From Nitratidesulfovibrio vulgaris str. Hildenborough (lineage in GTDB: Bacteria > Desulfobacterota > Desulfovibrionia > Desulfovibrionales > Desulfovibrionaceae), in contig NC_005863.1 of NCBI RefSeq assembly GCF_000195755.1, positions 90,001 to 122,000 of the forward strand: 32,000 nucleotides of DNA. Reading direction: 5' to 3'. The notes under the pieces are model-generated. The model was not told the origin of the DNA. It saw nothing but the letters and a program-made list of their open reading frames with translations, and ran no database searches. The position numbers were made by a program, and so were the translations under genes. Shown here piece by piece: positions 31,289 through 32,000 of the stretch. Position 1 is the stretch's first letter. Every line of letters starts with the position of its first letter.

Positions 31289-31906
31289 CTAGACGTCGCG
31301 CTGGCGATTGCGGCGCAGCAGGGCGAGTGCACCGAAGCCGAGGCCCATCAGGATGATGGTCGAAGGTTCGGGCGTAGGCACGGTGGGGTCGTCGATGACC
31401 GCACGGTCCACGTTCAGGATGTGGAAGGCGTAGTTGCTGGTGCGGTAGCCGTTGGCGGGCTGGTCCCACGATGCGATGGGAATGGGGTTGGTGCCGTCGA
31501 AATCGAACCCCTGCGAGAGCAGGTCGCCGACGTTGAAGTTGTTGTACGTGGAGAGCGTGAGGATGTAGGACCCCGGCGCAAGATTCACGGTGTAGTACGA
31601 GTCCCAGTTGCCATGAGTGTAGAGAATGCCGTTGGATGCCGTGGAACCTGTCCTTCCCCCGTCATCCTGGAATTCGATCTTGTTCCCCGCCGCGCTCCAC
31701 AGGCCCAGCATGGGGTCGAAGCCGCCATCATCCCATGAGGAGCTGAAGAACGTGCGATCACCCGTCGTACTCACGTCAAAGTCGAATCTCAAGACTGTGT
31801 TGTGATACGGGAGGTTGCCGAAAAAGTCGTAGTCCATCGCCGCTGAAGCTTGCCCTATCTGTGAAAACATCATGAACATCGAAAGAAGTAAGATTCTGAT
31901 TGCCAT
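31289..31906 (-). CDS. PEP-CTERM sorting-signal secreted protein
   Basis: The C-terminus VPTPEPSTIILMGLGFGALALLRRNRQRDV has the PEP motif, a hydrophobic helix and a basic tail. The N-terminal signal peptide is MAIRILLLSMFMMFSQIGQASA, from ATG 31906, with AAGGAG 6 nt upstream. The 22 upstream codons of the track ORF are not needed. Confidence 0.8.
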   Translation of the reverse strand: MAIRILLLSMFMMFSQIGQASAAMDYDFFGNLPYHNTVLRFDFDVSTTGDRTFFSSSWDDGGFDPMLGLWSAAGNKIEFQDDGGRTGSTASNGILYTHGNWDSYYTVNLAPGSYILTLSTYNNFNVGDLLSQGFDFDGTNPIPIASWDQPANGYRTSNYAFHILNVDRAVIDDPTVPTPEPSTIILMGLGFGALALLRRNRQRDV

Positions 31907-32000
31907 GGCCGACTCCTTTATTGCGTTATTCCACCTCCAAGCAAATTGCATTCCATAAAATTCTCCTTTCATGATACATTGTTATATGTGAAAGATGTGT

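Noticed and set aside
30131-31738. 535-aa plus-strand ORF spanning the binding-protein gene, the intergenic gap and the PEP-CTERM gene
   Set aside because: It is antisense to two well-supported genes and crosses a terminator hairpin. Its composition is dominated by R, G, A, V, H and P, as expected for a spurious open frame in high-G+C DNA, and it has no recognisable motif.
1-32000. Search by eye for CRISPR arrays, tRNA or rRNA genes, IS elements with terminal inverted repeats, and long direct repeats
   Set aside because: I saw no regularly spaced repeats, cloverleaf-capable segments, transposase-like ORFs or long repeats. The only exact repeat found is the 21-bp tandem duplication at 9979-10020. 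A computational scan could still find short att-type repeats that I missed.

Overview
High-G+C bacterial chromosomal window. My spot counts of single 60-nt lines are mostly 58-70% G+C. There are three functional blocks. (1) 1-19.4 kb is a large glycan (O-antigen/EPS-type) biosynthesis locus built around an ABC-transporter export pathway (wzm/wzt, with a C-terminal extension on Wzt). It holds several fused enzymes: GT2-GtrA, pyruvyltransferase-methyltransferase, two GT2-GT4 proteins, and an asparagine-synthase-like amidotransferase fused to a TylF-type methyltransferase. It also holds a radical SAM enzyme, a sulfotransferase and a divergently transcribed APS kinase (cysC). The product is therefore predicted to be methylated, pyruvylated, amidated and sulfated. 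(2) 19.7-24.9 kb holds a tyrosine recombinase followed by lower-G+C cargo. The cargo is a 70-aa AbrB/SpoVT-type DNA-binding protein with an operator-like palindrome over its putative promoter, plus a 1176-aa polypeptide. That polypeptide combines a complete Upf1-like SF1B helicase core with a C-terminal single-HKD phospholipase-D-family nuclease domain. This is the best candidate for a defence or conflict system in the window. Its core architecture matches what has been described as Mokosh type II. That label does not explain the AbrB partner, the ~270-aa unassigned N-terminal domain or the ~380-aa coiled-coil-rich insertion. (3) 25-32 kb holds a translationally coupled signalling operon: a PF04392-type periplasmic binding protein, a Cache/4xPAS histidine kinase, a stand-alone receiver and a receiver-HD-GYP phosphodiesterase. 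It is followed by a PEP-CTERM secreted protein with a clean intrinsic terminator. I recognised no rRNA, tRNA, CRISPR array or IS element. All assignments rest on reading motifs by eye in the supplied translations and in my own translations; no database search was possible. The taxon cannot be determined. The gene content is reminiscent of Desulfovibrionales-like bacteria, but that is a guess.
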